From assembly GCA_964513145.1 (NCBI GenBank), contig CAZELK010000001.1, forward strand, positions 128,001 to 192,000: DNA of 64,000 nt. Reading direction: 5' to 3'. Below the pieces are notes generated by a model. It searched no databases. It was given only the letters and a program-made list of their open reading frames with translations, and was not told where the DNA came from. The stretch comes from Candidatus Woesearchaeota archaeon (GTDB lineage Archaea; Nanobdellota; Nanobdellia; SCGC-AAA011-G17; JACPIM01). The position numbers were made by a program, and so were the translations under genes. Shown piece after piece: positions 47,786 through 57,838 of the stretch (positions are counted from its first letter, which is position 1; each line of letters starts with the position of its first letter).

Positions 47786-50601
47786 AGTTTTATACAACAA
47801 TATTATTCTTATTATTAGCTGCAGTCTGTGTAAATGGTATATACATTGATGAAAATGTAGAAAAGATTTTACAAAATAATAGCAATGTTAATGTAATAAT
47901 AAAATTTTCTGATAAAAGTGAATTTCTAAAAAATGAGTTTAGTGCAAATGCAATTTTAAATAATTTAAATAAAAATGAGTTTCGTGGCAGATACAATAAA
48001 AATACGAATACTGCTGGTGGAAAAATTTCTAGGGAAGATTTTGAAAGGCTCACTTCAAATGTTAATATAGATGGAATTTATTTAAACCATATATTCAAAA
48101 TAGATTTAGATCAGTCAACTAAGATGGTTAATTCAACCATTGTTAACACATTAAAAATAAAAGGAACAAATAATATTACTGGAAAAAATTTAAGTGTTTG
48201 TATACTTGATACTGGCGTTAATTATAATCTTGCTGATCTTGGTGGTTGTTTCGGTAATGGTTGTAAAGTAGTTGGTGGTTATAATTTTGTAGCCCCAAGT
48301 AGCGAGGTTGCAGATGATAATGGACATGGAACTCATGTTGCTGGCATTGTTGCTGCAAATGGTTCAATTACTGGTGTAGCACCTGAAGCAAATATAGTCG
48401 CAATAAAAGTCCTTAATAGCGCTGGTTCTGGGACAGAATCAGATATAATAAGTGGTATAAAATGGTGTACAGATAATTCAGCTAACTTTAGTATAAAAGT
48501 AATTTCAATGAGCTTTGGTTTTGGAATATATGAAAATAATTGCGATGCCAGTTTTCAGTTATTGTTAAATTCAATTAGTGAAGCCACAGCAAAAAATATT
48601 TCTGTTATTGCAGCGAGTGGAAACCGCGGTGATTCAACACAAATCATAGGAAACTATACTGCAATTTCCTCGCCAGCCTGCTTAAGTAATGTTACTGCAG
48701 TTAGTGCAACAAATAAAAGTCATAGTATAGATAATAGTTATTCTAATAGAAATAAGTTAGTTTCTTTATTAGCCCCGGGAACATCAATAAAATCTTTAAA
48801 TTATAATTCAAATACCTGTTTATGCAGTAGTGGGTGTATAGGCAATTACATGACATGTTCAGGTACATCAATGGCTACTCCTCATGTTGCCGGTGTTTAT
48901 GTTTTATTAAGTCAATATTTGAGAGATGAAGTTAATATATCAGTAAATAATTCTTATATAAAAGAACTTTTAAATTCTACTGGTATTCCAATTATAGATA
49001 ACAAAACAAATTTAACTTATACTTTTGTTAGCACATATAAGGCCTTGCTGAATTTAGATACTTATGTGCCAGAGTTAATAATTAATTATCCTGAAAATAA
49101 GACTTATGCTTTAAGCAATATAAGTTTTAATTTCAGTAGTCTTGATGCAAATTTAAATTCAACATGGTATAATATAGATAACACAAATAATATAACTGTA
49201 ATATCAAACACAACAATAAATCTAAGCAACGGCAACCATATAATATACTTGTATTCTAATGACACAAATGGCAATTCAAATAAAACAAATATTAGTTTTG
49301 TTATAAATACTAATCTGCCAATTATTAACTTAAATGAACCTGCTAATAATATGACAGACATTGATGGAAATATAACATTTAATTGTTCTTCCACATCTAT
49401 TCCACAATTGAAAAATATAAGTTTGTGGCATAATTTAAGCGGCAATTTTGTATTAAACCAAACATCATTAATTTCAGGTACAAATAATTATAGCTTATTT
49501 AATTTGCCAAATATAAACAATACTAAATTTATCTGGAGTTGTTTAGTTTATAATGTAGACGAATATTATGCATTTTCAAACAACAGGTCTTTAACAGTGA
49601 AAATAAATAATAAGCCAAATATTACTGATTATTTGCCAAGTAGCTCAAGTGTCAGCGTTGATGAAGGCAAAAGTTTAAGTTTTAATCACACCACTATTGA
49701 TATTGATGATGATCAATTAACTTATTCATGGTTATTAGATAGCTTGTTGAAAACTAATCAGCAAAATTATACATATAGTCCAAATTATACTGAGGAAGGG
49801 ACCCATAGTATAAGCCTAATAGCTGGTGACAATCTCATAAATACATCTTTCAATTGGAGTCTGACAGTAAATAACATAATATACTGTGGTAATAATATTA
49901 AGGAAACAAATGAGTCATGCGATACAAATGATTTGAGTGGTGCTACATGTACTAACAAAGGCTTTACTGGCGGAAGTTTAAGTTGCTCCAGTAGCTGCAC
50001 TTTGATTACAAGTTCTTGTACAAATTCTTCAGACTCCGGAAGTTCTGGTTCTGGCAGCTCAGGTAGTCCAAGCGGTGGTGGCGGAACCCAGGTTAGTTCA
50101 AGCGAATTTGATGACAATTTAAACACAGCAGCACCAGCATCAACTGCAGCAGAAATTAAATCAGAACCAGTAAAAAGCACACCTCCAGAATTGGTAGTTG
50201 AAGAATCAGAAAAAGCAATTAAAATAATAAAAGGGGAAACTGTTAATTTTGTTTTCGAAAATAATAATCACGCCATAACATTGGACAATATACAGGAAGA
50301 TTCTGTTGATATAACAATAAATTCAGAGACAGTCAAATTAACATTAAAATTAAATGAAGAGCAGATTGTTGATCTGGAAGAAAAAAGCAAATTAAAAATT
50401 AAATTAGAAAGCATTTCAAATGATGAAGTAAATATTAAGATATCAAAAACAATAACTTCCTCTGAAGCATCTTCAGATGGAAAATTAATTACTGGTTTTT
50501 CAGTTTATACAGAGGGTATAAAAAATTATGGTCTGGGTGCCATTGGCTTAATTTTAATATTATTGTTATTTAGATGGGGAATTAAAAGAAAAAGCAAATG
50601 A
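47782..50601 (+). CDS. membrane-anchored S8 subtilisin-like protease with Ig-like and Ser/Gly-rich stalk
   Basis: Triad motifs LDTG, HGTHVAG, GTSMATPHV; oxyanion ASGN; signal peptide and C-terminal TM. Confidence 0.92.
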   Translation: MKFYTTILFLLLAAVCVNGIYIDENVEKILQNNSNVNVIIKFSDKSEFLKNEFSANAILNNLNKNEFRGRYNKNTNTAGGKISREDFERLTSNVNIDGIYLNHIFKIDLDQSTKMVNSTIVNTLKIKGTNNITGKNLSVCILDTGVNYNLADLGGCFGNGCKVVGGYNFVAPSSEVADDNGHGTHVAGIVAANGSITGVAPEANIVAIKVLNSAGSGTESDIISGIKWCTDNSANFSIKVISMSFGFGIYENNCDASFQLLLNSISEATAKNISVIAASGNRGDSTQIIGNYTAISSPACLSNVTAVSATNKSHSIDNSYSNRNKLVSLLAPGTSIKSLNYNSNTCLCSSGCIGNYMTCSGTSMATPHVAGVYVLLSQYLRDEVNISVNNSYIKELLNSTGIPIIDNKTNLTYTFVSTYKALLNLDTYVPELIINYPENKTYALSNISFNFSSLDANLNSTWYNIDNTNNITVISNTTINLSNGNHIIYLYSNDTNGNSNKTNISFVINTNLPIINLNEPANNMTDIDGNITFNCSSTSIPQLKNISLWHNLSGNFVLNQTSLISGTNNYSLFNLPNINNTKFIWSCLVYNVDEYYAFSNNRSLTVKINNKPNITDYLPSSSSVSVDEGKSLSFNHTTIDIDDDQLTYSWLLDSLLKTNQQNYTYSPNYTEEGTHSISLIAGDNLINTSFNWSLTVNNIIYCGNNIKETNESCDTNDLSGATCTNKGFTGGSLSCSSSCTLITSSCTNSSDSGSSGSGSSGSPSGGGGTQVSSSEFDDNLNTAAPASTAAEIKSEPVKSTPPELVVEESEKAIKIIKGETVNFVFENNNHAITLDNIQEDSVDITINSETVKLTLKLNEEQIVDLEEKSKLKIKLESISNDEVNIKISKTITSSEASSDGKLITGFSVYTEGIKNYGLGAIGLILILLLFRWGIKRKSK

Positions 50602-51062
50602 CAGCAGTAATGGATTTGGAAAAAGAAAGAACACTGGAAAATATACAAAGATTTCTAAAATTAAATTTAGATGATTTATTTAAAAAAATAATGAAGGAAT
50701 TAAATATAAGTATTAATAAAAATCTTCGAAGCAACGCCATATTTATTTTAAAGGAGATTAGAGAACTGGAAAAGAAAATTAAAGAAGAGTTATTAAAAAT
50801 TAATTTTTATAAAAGAAATGTCGAAATAAATATAAAAGGGTATTCTGATATTGAAGATAATTATTTTCTGCATTTAGCTATGATGGATTTGAAAAATATA
50901 CTAAAATCATTCAAAAGCATGCATTCAGAAATTATAAATACAATCTCGGCAATTTTAGAAGATGAGAAATTGTCAAAAAAAATAACATCAGAATTAAATT
51001 CATTAAAAATTCTTGCAATAGAGATAACCAATCTGGAAACTAACATTCATTCTATAAAATAA
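50598..51062 (+). CDS. hypothetical helical protein
   Basis: 154-aa ORF overlapping the protease stop. Confidence 0.55.
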   Translation: MTAVMDLEKERTLENIQRFLKLNLDDLFKKIMKELNISINKNLRSNAIFILKEIRELEKKIKEELLKINFYKRNVEINIKGYSDIEDNYFLHLAMMDLKNILKSFKSMHSEIINTISAILEDEKLSKKITSELNSLKILAIEITNLETNIHSIK

Positions 51063-51893
51063 TTATTTTCTTATTAGCAAATAAAGATAAACCAGTAACC
51101 CAATTGCAGAAACTATTTCTTTGTTATAATTGTGGGGAAATACAGAATAAACATATATTTTTTTATCTTTATAAATGCCATAAAGGCTTATTTTCGAGTT
51201 TAATTTAAGAGTTTCACTTGTTTCAAGCTCGAATTCATGGTTCATTTCATTTAATTTAACCGGGTTTAATGATACAACCTTGCTTATTAACAAGCTGACT
51301 TCCTTATTTTCATATTTTTCAGGATGTAAAATAAAGTCACTTCCCTTGACATTATTCTCAATTAATTTGTTTGGCGTTGATAATAATATTATAAATGTTA
51401 ATAAAAGCGGAATTAAAAAATAAACATTTCTTTTAAATTTTAGTTCAGATTTTTCTAGATTAAAAAAACAAACAATAAAAACTAACCCGCCAATTATTGG
51501 CAATATTACATTCCCGCCATAAAATAAATTTAGTGCATATTCTTCCAGATAAAAAGGGTAAAACAACATAGCCCCAAATTTCCCAACAAATTGCAGCAAA
51601 TCTAAAAAAAAATGTGAAATTATGCCCAAAGCCAGCACTAAAAAATTATTCAGTCTTTTCTCAAATAATAAAGATATGCTTAAACCTAGTAGTAAAGAGA
51701 TAAATGGGGTATGAATTGGCTCTATATATAATAGTGTCTTTATTTCGTCAAAATTTAAAAAATTTAATATTGTTATTATAATTCTTGAAACATCAGGTAA
51801 AATAGCCCCGGTTATTAATAATTTCCAGTTTTGTATTTTAAATAAAACTCCTATCAATAATGCAAAAGTCATATGTACTAATAAATCTGGCAT
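51063..51893 (-). CDS. metal-dependent membrane hydrolase (YdjM-like) with C-terminal OB-like domain
   Basis: MPDLLVH, GAILPD, HT, SHFFLD. Confidence 0.75.
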   Translation of the reverse strand: MPDLLVHMTFALLIGVLFKIQNWKLLITGAILPDVSRIIITILNFLNFDEIKTLLYIEPIHTPFISLLLGLSISLLFEKRLNNFLVLALGIISHFFLDLLQFVGKFGAMLFYPFYLEEYALNLFYGGNVILPIIGGLVFIVCFFNLEKSELKFKRNVYFLIPLLLTFIILLSTPNKLIENNVKGSDFILHPEKYENKEVSLLISKVVSLNPVKLNEMNHEFELETSETLKLNSKISLYGIYKDKKIYVYSVFPHNYNKEIVSAIGLLVYLYLLIRK

Positions 51894-52037
51894 AATTTCT
51901 TTCCAATATTATTGCTTAAATAATTTCTGTATGCTACAAAAAAAGAAATCCACAGTAACCTTTATATATTACTCTTAAATTAAATATTTCTTGTAAGAGA
52001 GAAGAAAAGCTAAAAAGCTATATTCTCAGGTGAAAAA

Positions 52038-52352
52038 ATTAAACCTTTATTGCCTAGTTTAAGAGAAAGAAAAAGGTATATGTTATATAAAGTAAGTAAA
52101 GTCAATTTTGTTGAAAGAGAGTTTTTATATAATATGATAAAAAAGTTTTTAGGAGATCTTGTAATGGCTAAGGCTGGCATTATGATATTAAATAACACAG
52201 ATACAAAAGGAATAATAAGAGTAAATCACTACTATGTTGATGAAGTTAAAACAGCATTGGCATTAATTAACAATTATCACGATAATGAAATAAGGGTGGA
52301 GACAATAAAAGTTTCCGGAGTAATAAATAAATTAAAAGAGGAAGGTGTATAA
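52038..52352 (+). CDS. rnp2: RNase P protein component 2 (Pop5); start uncertain (ATT 52038 or TTG 52050)
   Basis: KPLLPSLRERKRY, GDLVMAKAG, GIIRVNH, KVSGVINK; directly upstream of psmA. Confidence 0.9.
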   Translation: MKPLLPSLRERKRYMLYKVSKVNFVEREFLYNMIKKFLGDLVMAKAGIMILNNTDTKGIIRVNHYYVDEVKTALALINNYHDNEIRVETIKVSGVINKLKEEGV

Positions 52353-52353
52353 A

Positions 52354-53070
52354 ATGCAGCCTGATATGAGTCATCAAGCAATGGGTTATGATAGAACTAG
52401 CATTATGTTTAGTCCTGATGGAAGATTGCTTCAAGTAGAATATGCAAAGAAAACAGTAAAACAAGGGACAAGCACACTTGGAATAGTGTGTAAAGACGGT
52501 GTTCTTTTAGTTGCTGATAAAAGGATTACAGATAAATTAATTGTTCCAACAAGTATTGAGAAAGTATACCAAATAGATGAGCACATTGGTGCAAGTGGTT
52601 CTGGTATATTAAGTGACGGAAGAATTTTAATTGAAAGGGCCCAGGTTGTAGCACAGCAGCATAAAGTAACATATGATGAGCCCATTGAAGTTGGAGAAAT
52701 TGTTAAAGACATATCCAATCTTAAGCAAGCCTACACCCAAGTTGGTGGAGCAAGGCCATTTGGTGTTTCTATTTTATTTGCTGGTGTTGACAAAGAAGGA
52801 GCAAGATTATTTTTAACAGACCCAACAGGCATATTTTTTGAATTCAAAGCTACAGCAATTGGCGAAGGAGATACAGAAATTAAAGATATGCTCGATAAGG
52901 AATATAAGGAAACAATAACACTTGAAGAAGGTTTAAAATTAGCTATAAGGGCATTAAAGAAATTTTTAGGAAAAGACTTCGATATAACTAGAGTAGACGG
53001 AGCATATATAAAAACAGATGAGAAAGTTTTTACAAGGCTAAAAAAACAGGATCTATTAAAATTAAAGTAA
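52354..53070 (+). CDS. psmA: proteasome subunit alpha
   Basis: GYDRTSIMFSPDGRLLQVEYA, RPFGVS. Confidence 0.97.
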   Translation: MQPDMSHQAMGYDRTSIMFSPDGRLLQVEYAKKTVKQGTSTLGIVCKDGVLLVADKRITDKLIVPTSIEKVYQIDEHIGASGSGILSDGRILIERAQVVAQQHKVTYDEPIEVGEIVKDISNLKQAYTQVGGARPFGVSILFAGVDKEGARLFLTDPTGIFFEFKATAIGEGDTEIKDMLDKEYKETITLEEGLKLAIRALKKFLGKDFDITRVDGAYIKTDEKVFTRLKKQDLLKLK

Positions 53071-53077
53071 AAGCAAG

Positions 53078-53776
53078 ATGGCAATAAGTATTGACAAAGC
53101 AGTTATCGCAAGATTAAAGAGAAATGGTAAGAATTTTGAGATCTTGGTGGATTGTGAAAAAGCCATAGAATTTAGGAAAGGAAAAAATATATCTTTATAC
53201 GACATTCTTGCAAGTGATATAATTTATAAAGATTCAAGAAAAGGTGAAAAAGCATCTGAAAAAGATATGGAACTGCTTTTTAAGACAGCAGACCCAGCAG
53301 AAGTTGCCAAAATTATATTAAAAGAAGGCGAAATTCAGGTTAGCAAAGAAATAAGAGATAGCGAAAGAGAATCTAAAAGAAAAAAAATTATCGAAATAAT
53401 CCATAGAAATGGCATTGATAGCAAGACTGGTCTGCCCCATCCACCCCAGAGAATAGAAAATGCAATTAATGAAGCAAGGGTTAATATAGATGAAAATAAA
53501 AGCGCAGAAGAGCAAGTTGATGCTGTCCTTGAAAAAATAAGGGCAATAATCCCAATAAGATTTGAAACAAAAAAAATAAGTTTATTAATACCAGCTAAGT
53601 ACGTAAACGGAAGCTTAAGAGTATTGAAGATGTACGGAAAAATTTCAAAAAATGAATGGAAAAGCGATGGAAGCTTGGAAGCAGTTATAGAAATACCAGG
53701 AGGAATAATTGACGAATTTTTTTCCCAGCTAAATGGCATATGCCATGGGGAAGTAAATTCAAGAATTTTAAATTAA
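53078..53776 (+). CDS. ribosome maturation protein SBDS/Sdo1
   Basis: ARLKRNGKNFEILVD, GEIQ, TGLPHPPQRIE. Confidence 0.96.
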   Translation: MAISIDKAVIARLKRNGKNFEILVDCEKAIEFRKGKNISLYDILASDIIYKDSRKGEKASEKDMELLFKTADPAEVAKIILKEGEIQVSKEIRDSERESKRKKIIEIIHRNGIDSKTGLPHPPQRIENAINEARVNIDENKSAEEQVDAVLEKIRAIIPIRFETKKISLLIPAKYVNGSLRVLKMYGKISKNEWKSDGSLEAVIEIPGGIIDEFFSQLNGICHGEVNSRILN

Positions 53777-53778
53777 AA

Positions 53779-54477
53779 ATGAGCGAATTACTAATTAAAG
53801 ATAAGGATATTGTTACACCAGGCCAGGAATTGGCTGTTGGTATGGATTTTTTGCCTAACTCGGGAACATATAGGGATAATGATAAAATTATAGCATCACA
53901 ATTAGGTTTAGTTAGTCTAAATAGTCGTGTAATTAAAATAATCCCTTTAAATGGAAAATATGTCCCTAAAAGAGGAGACACTGTAATTGGAAAAATTAAA
54001 GATATGAATTTTAGTAATTGGTTTGTTGATATAGGTTATGCCTATGATGCTGTTTTGTCATCCAAAGAAATTAGCACAGACTATATTGAGAGGGGCGCTG
54101 ATTTATCTCAGTTTTATGATTTAGGTGATGTAATTGTTGCTAAAATCACAAATGTCTCAAAATTAAAAATGACTGATCTGTCAATGAGAGGACCAGGTTT
54201 AAGAAAATTAACAGAAGGAAGAATTGTTAAAATAAGTACAGTTAAAGTTCCAAGGCTAATTGGTAAAGAAGGTAGCATGATAACAATGATAAAAGAATTG
54301 ACTGATTGCAAAATAACTGCTGGTCAAAATGGTATTGTTTGGATTAGTGGAAATGATTCTAGAAAGGAAAGAATAGCTGTAGAAGCAGTAAACATGATCA
54401 GTGATAAATCTCAATCTAGTAATCTAACTGAAAAAGTAAAAGAATTTTTAGAAATGAGGCTAAAAGAAAATGTATAA
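53779..54477 (+). CDS. rrp4: exosome RNA-binding cap protein Rrp4
   Basis: VTPG, YVPKRGDTVIG S1 domain, KVPRLIGKEGSMI KH, GQNGIVW. Confidence 0.96.
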   Translation: MSELLIKDKDIVTPGQELAVGMDFLPNSGTYRDNDKIIASQLGLVSLNSRVIKIIPLNGKYVPKRGDTVIGKIKDMNFSNWFVDIGYAYDAVLSSKEISTDYIERGADLSQFYDLGDVIVAKITNVSKLKMTDLSMRGPGLRKLTEGRIVKISTVKVPRLIGKEGSMITMIKELTDCKITAGQNGIVWISGNDSRKERIAVEAVNMISDKSQSSNLTEKVKEFLEMRLKENV

Positions 54478-55171
54478 GAAAAGATTCGACGGAAGAAAAT
54501 TTGATGAAACAAGACCAATAGAAGCAAAAGTTGGCATCGTGAAAAGAGCAGATGGTAGTGCAATGTTTGCAATTGGCAAAACAACTGCCTTGGCAGCAGT
54601 TTTCGGTCCTAGAGAACTTCATCCAAAGTTTTTGCAAGACCCGTCTAAAGGTATTTTAAGATGTAGTTATAATATGATGGCTTTTTCTGGTTCAGGTGAG
54701 AGAGTTAAGCCAGGAACTTCAAGAAGAAGCAGGGAAATTTCATTAGTAACGGAAGGCGCATTAAACCCAGTTTTAGATTTAAATGAATTCCCTGGAACTG
54801 TTGTAGATGTTTTTGTTGAAATAATCCAAAGCGATGCTGGCACTAGATGTGCTGGTATTTGCGCAGCTTCAATGGCTTTGGCAGATGCAGGTTTTCCAAT
54901 GAAAGATTTGGTTAGTGCAGTTTCAGTTGGAAGAGTTGATGATAAATTAGTTGTTGATTTGAATAAAGAAGAAGAAGATCATCATGAAGGTGCTGGAGTA
55001 GCTGACATTGCTGTTGCCATGATGCCAAGATTGGGAAAATTAACTTTATTGCAAATGGACGGCGTAGTTACTAAAGAAGATATTTCAAAAGTATTGGAAA
55101 TGGCAAAAGAATCTTGCAAAAAAATTTACGAAGTGCAAAAAAATGCTTTAATGGAGAAATATAAACTATGA
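54470..55171 (+). CDS. rrp41: exosome catalytic subunit Rrp41
   Basis: RFDGRK, ADGSA, RRSREIS, SDAGTRCA, LQMDG. Confidence 0.96.
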   Translation: MYKKRFDGRKFDETRPIEAKVGIVKRADGSAMFAIGKTTALAAVFGPRELHPKFLQDPSKGILRCSYNMMAFSGSGERVKPGTSRRSREISLVTEGALNPVLDLNEFPGTVVDVFVEIIQSDAGTRCAGICAASMALADAGFPMKDLVSAVSVGRVDDKLVVDLNKEEEDHHEGAGVADIAVAMMPRLGKLTLLQMDGVVTKEDISKVLEMAKESCKKIYEVQKNALMEKYKL

Positions 55172-55965
55172 AAATAATAACAGATCATATTTATTCTTTG
55201 CTTGACAAAGGAGAAAGGCTTGATGGGAGAAAATTCAACGAATTTAGAAAAGAAATTGTTGTTGAATATGGAATAAGCCCAAAATCTGCTGAAGGCAGCG
55301 CAAGAGTTAAAATTGGAAACACAGAAGTTGTAGCTGGTGTTAAATTTGAGCTGATTAAGCCATATCCAGACGAACCAGACAAAGGAACAATTATGGCTGG
55401 TGTTGAATTATTGCCTTTAAGTTCTCCTGAATTTGAAAGTGGTCCTCCGGATATTAAGGCTGTTGAACTGGCTCGTGCTGTTGTAGACAGGGGTTTAAGA
55501 GAAAGCGGAGCTATTGATTTCAAAAGTTTATGTATTAAAAAATCTGAAAAAGCATGGGTAATAGTAATTGATGTTTACTCTATAAATGATGATGGTAATC
55601 TGGCAGATGCAATGGGTCTGTGTGCCTTGGCTGCATTAAAAGATGCAAAATTCCCAAAATATGATGAAAAAACCGACAAAATTCTATATAGTGAAAGAAC
55701 AACAAAAGGGCTTAATCTAAAAGAGCTGCCTATACCAATTACAGTTATAAAAATAAAAGATAAATTATTAGTTGATCCAACATTGGAAGAAGAAAATTGC
55801 ATAGATGCAAGATTAACAATTACCACAGTCGAGGACGGAAAAATCTGCGCCCTCCAAAAAGGCGGCAAAGGACCATTAACAATAACAGAAATTGAAAGCA
55901 TGGTTGATCTTGCAATTATTAAAAGTAGAGAATTAAGAAAAATTCTTGAAAAATCGCAAAAATAA
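55168..55965 (+). CDS. rrp42: exosome subunit Rrp42
   Basis: RLDGRKFNEFR, AEGSARVKIG, ELARAVVDRGLRES, DDGNL, ALQKGG. Confidence 0.96.
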   Translation: MKIITDHIYSLLDKGERLDGRKFNEFRKEIVVEYGISPKSAEGSARVKIGNTEVVAGVKFELIKPYPDEPDKGTIMAGVELLPLSSPEFESGPPDIKAVELARAVVDRGLRESGAIDFKSLCIKKSEKAWVIVIDVYSINDDGNLADAMGLCALAALKDAKFPKYDEKTDKILYSERTTKGLNLKELPIPITVIKIKDKLLVDPTLEEENCIDARLTITTVEDGKICALQKGGKGPLTITEIESMVDLAIIKSRELRKILEKSQK

Positions 55966-56013
55966 TTTTTCAAAAGGTTTTTAAACAATAATTTTAAATT
56001 TTTATAAGGCAGC

Positions 56014-56232
56014 ATGGAAAAAATGAAATACACAAAGTATGAAACTGCACGAATTATAGGTGCAAGAGCCTTGCAGATAACTATGGGCAGCCCTTTGTTG
56101 ATAAAAGTAGACGATGAAAAATTACAAAAAATAAATTATAGTTCTATAGAATTGGCAAAAGAAGAATTTAGAAAAAATGTTCTGCCAATTACAATTAAAA
56201 GACCATTGCCTAAAAAAATAGTTCTTCCTTAA
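56014..56232 (+). CDS. rpoK: DNA-directed RNA polymerase subunit K (Rpo6)
   Basis: YTKYETARIIGARALQITMGSP, LPITIKR. Confidence 0.95.
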   Translation: MEKMKYTKYETARIIGARALQITMGSPLLIKVDDEKLQKINYSSIELAKEEFRKNVLPITIKRPLPKKIVLP

Positions 56233-57218
56233 TTTTTTTCTGCAAAACATTTTGCAACAATTAATGGGAATAAAATAGTTGCATCTCCAAAAACTTTTAC
56301 TGATTGTGATTTTGGAATAATTTTCCCCCATGAAACAGCCTCATCTGGTCTTGCTCCAGCATCAGAACCGTCAAATTCCTGTGAATTATTAATATAAACA
56401 GCATAATCACATCCGTTTCTCATCATATTTGTATTTAGAATATGATGCTTTACTAAGCCAGATCCTAAGATAATTACTCCTGTTTTTTTTGATTCAAAAG
56501 TTAAGTCATTTAATCTTTTCATGTCTTCAGCAATGTCAATTTTAAACTCTGGATGTTTAAACTTGAAAAAATAAATCATGTCACCAATAGACCCGTCAGT
56601 TATGGCTGGACAAAAAATAGGGATTTTATTTTTATAAGCCCAGTAGCATATTGATTCTTCATTATTAATTGCTTTTCCCAAAATATGTGCAAATTCAGAA
56701 GGCGAGATTATTTTTCCAGTCTCATTTTGTTCTTTTGCTATTTTTTCTAGTTCTGGAATTAAAAAATCTTCAAATCTGCAATACCTAGAATTAGGAACAA
56801 AAATATTACCAGTCCTGTTAATTCCCCTTTCCCTTAATTTTTTCCCGTCTTCTTCAAAACTTCCCAAAATAAAGTTGTCAATGCACTTTATGATATCTTC
56901 TTCAACTCCGCCAGCTGTTGTTACTATTATATCTACTAATTTATGCTGAGCTAAATACCTAAAAATATCCCTTAATCCAGAAGTAACCATATTTGATGTA
57001 TACCCCAAATAAATCCTGCAATTATCTTTTCTCATTTCTTTGATTATTTCAATTGCTTTTGCTAAATTTGTAGCTTGGAACCCGGTAGTAAAAAAAGAAT
57101 CTATTAATTTATCATAATTCAAGCCTTTATTGAAGTCGTATCCTTTTATAGCTGTATAATCTTTAGGTTCTTCTGATTCTCTCAAGACATTCTCTTTTGC
57201 TTCTTTTAAGTTTTCCAT
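56229..57218 (-). CDS. dys: deoxyhypusine synthase
   Basis: GFQATNL, GYTSNMVTSGLR, TTAGGVEED, NRTGN, DGSDAGARPDEAVSWGK. Confidence 0.96.
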   Translation of the reverse strand: MENLKEAKENVLRESEEPKDYTAIKGYDFNKGLNYDKLIDSFFTTGFQATNLAKAIEIIKEMRKDNCRIYLGYTSNMVTSGLRDIFRYLAQHKLVDIIVTTAGGVEEDIIKCIDNFILGSFEEDGKKLRERGINRTGNIFVPNSRYCRFEDFLIPELEKIAKEQNETGKIISPSEFAHILGKAINNEESICYWAYKNKIPIFCPAITDGSIGDMIYFFKFKHPEFKIDIAEDMKRLNDLTFESKKTGVIILGSGLVKHHILNTNMMRNGCDYAVYINNSQEFDGSDAGARPDEAVSWGKIIPKSQSVKVFGDATILFPLIVAKCFAEKN

Positions 57219-57259
57219 AGTTTTTGAAAAATTATAAAATATATAAATTTGAGTAAGGA

Positions 57260-57733
57260 TTAAGATTTAGGCGATTTCTTTATTTCACTATCTGGGTTTG
57301 AAATGATAATATCAAAATCTTTTATAATAAAGTCTAAATTTGGTTTTGTTAAATTAGGGTTAAAAATAAAAACATTTACATCAGAGCCCCTTTCTGAATA
57401 TTCCTTTATTTCTAAATCCCACATAAATATGACATCTTTAGAAGGAGCTACAAAATTATACCCAACATGATAAAATAAATATTCTAATTCATTAAAATAT
57501 TCACTAATATATCGATCATATGCGTCATGTGAATAGTAAGCTGAAACACCCCACATATTATTTATAATCTTGGGTCTCTGAAATTTCTCTATAGCTTTTC
57601 TACAAAAATATGTTTTCCCAGCATTTTGTGCACCATGAACACTAACTATAATAGGTTTATTTTTGATTTGTTTATAACGATTTTTAACTTCTTCCAAAGC
57701 TTCTTCAATTGTAAATATTTTTGATGGTTTCAT
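57260..57733 (-). CDS. divergent P-loop protein
   Basis: IVSVHGAQNAGKT Walker A-like motif. Confidence 0.5.
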   Translation of the reverse strand: MKPSKIFTIEEALEEVKNRYKQIKNKPIIVSVHGAQNAGKTYFCRKAIEKFQRPKIINNMWGVSAYYSHDAYDRYISEYFNELEYLFYHVGYNFVAPSKDVIFMWDLEIKEYSERGSDVNVFIFNPNLTKPNLDFIIKDFDIIISNPDSEIKKSPKS

Positions 57734-57838
57734 TATTTTCTTTTGTTATTCAAAATCTATTTATAAAGCTTACTATTTTTTACTACTAATAAGTAAAATA
57801 AGAAATGTTTTTATAATTACATTATAAACTAAATTTGA

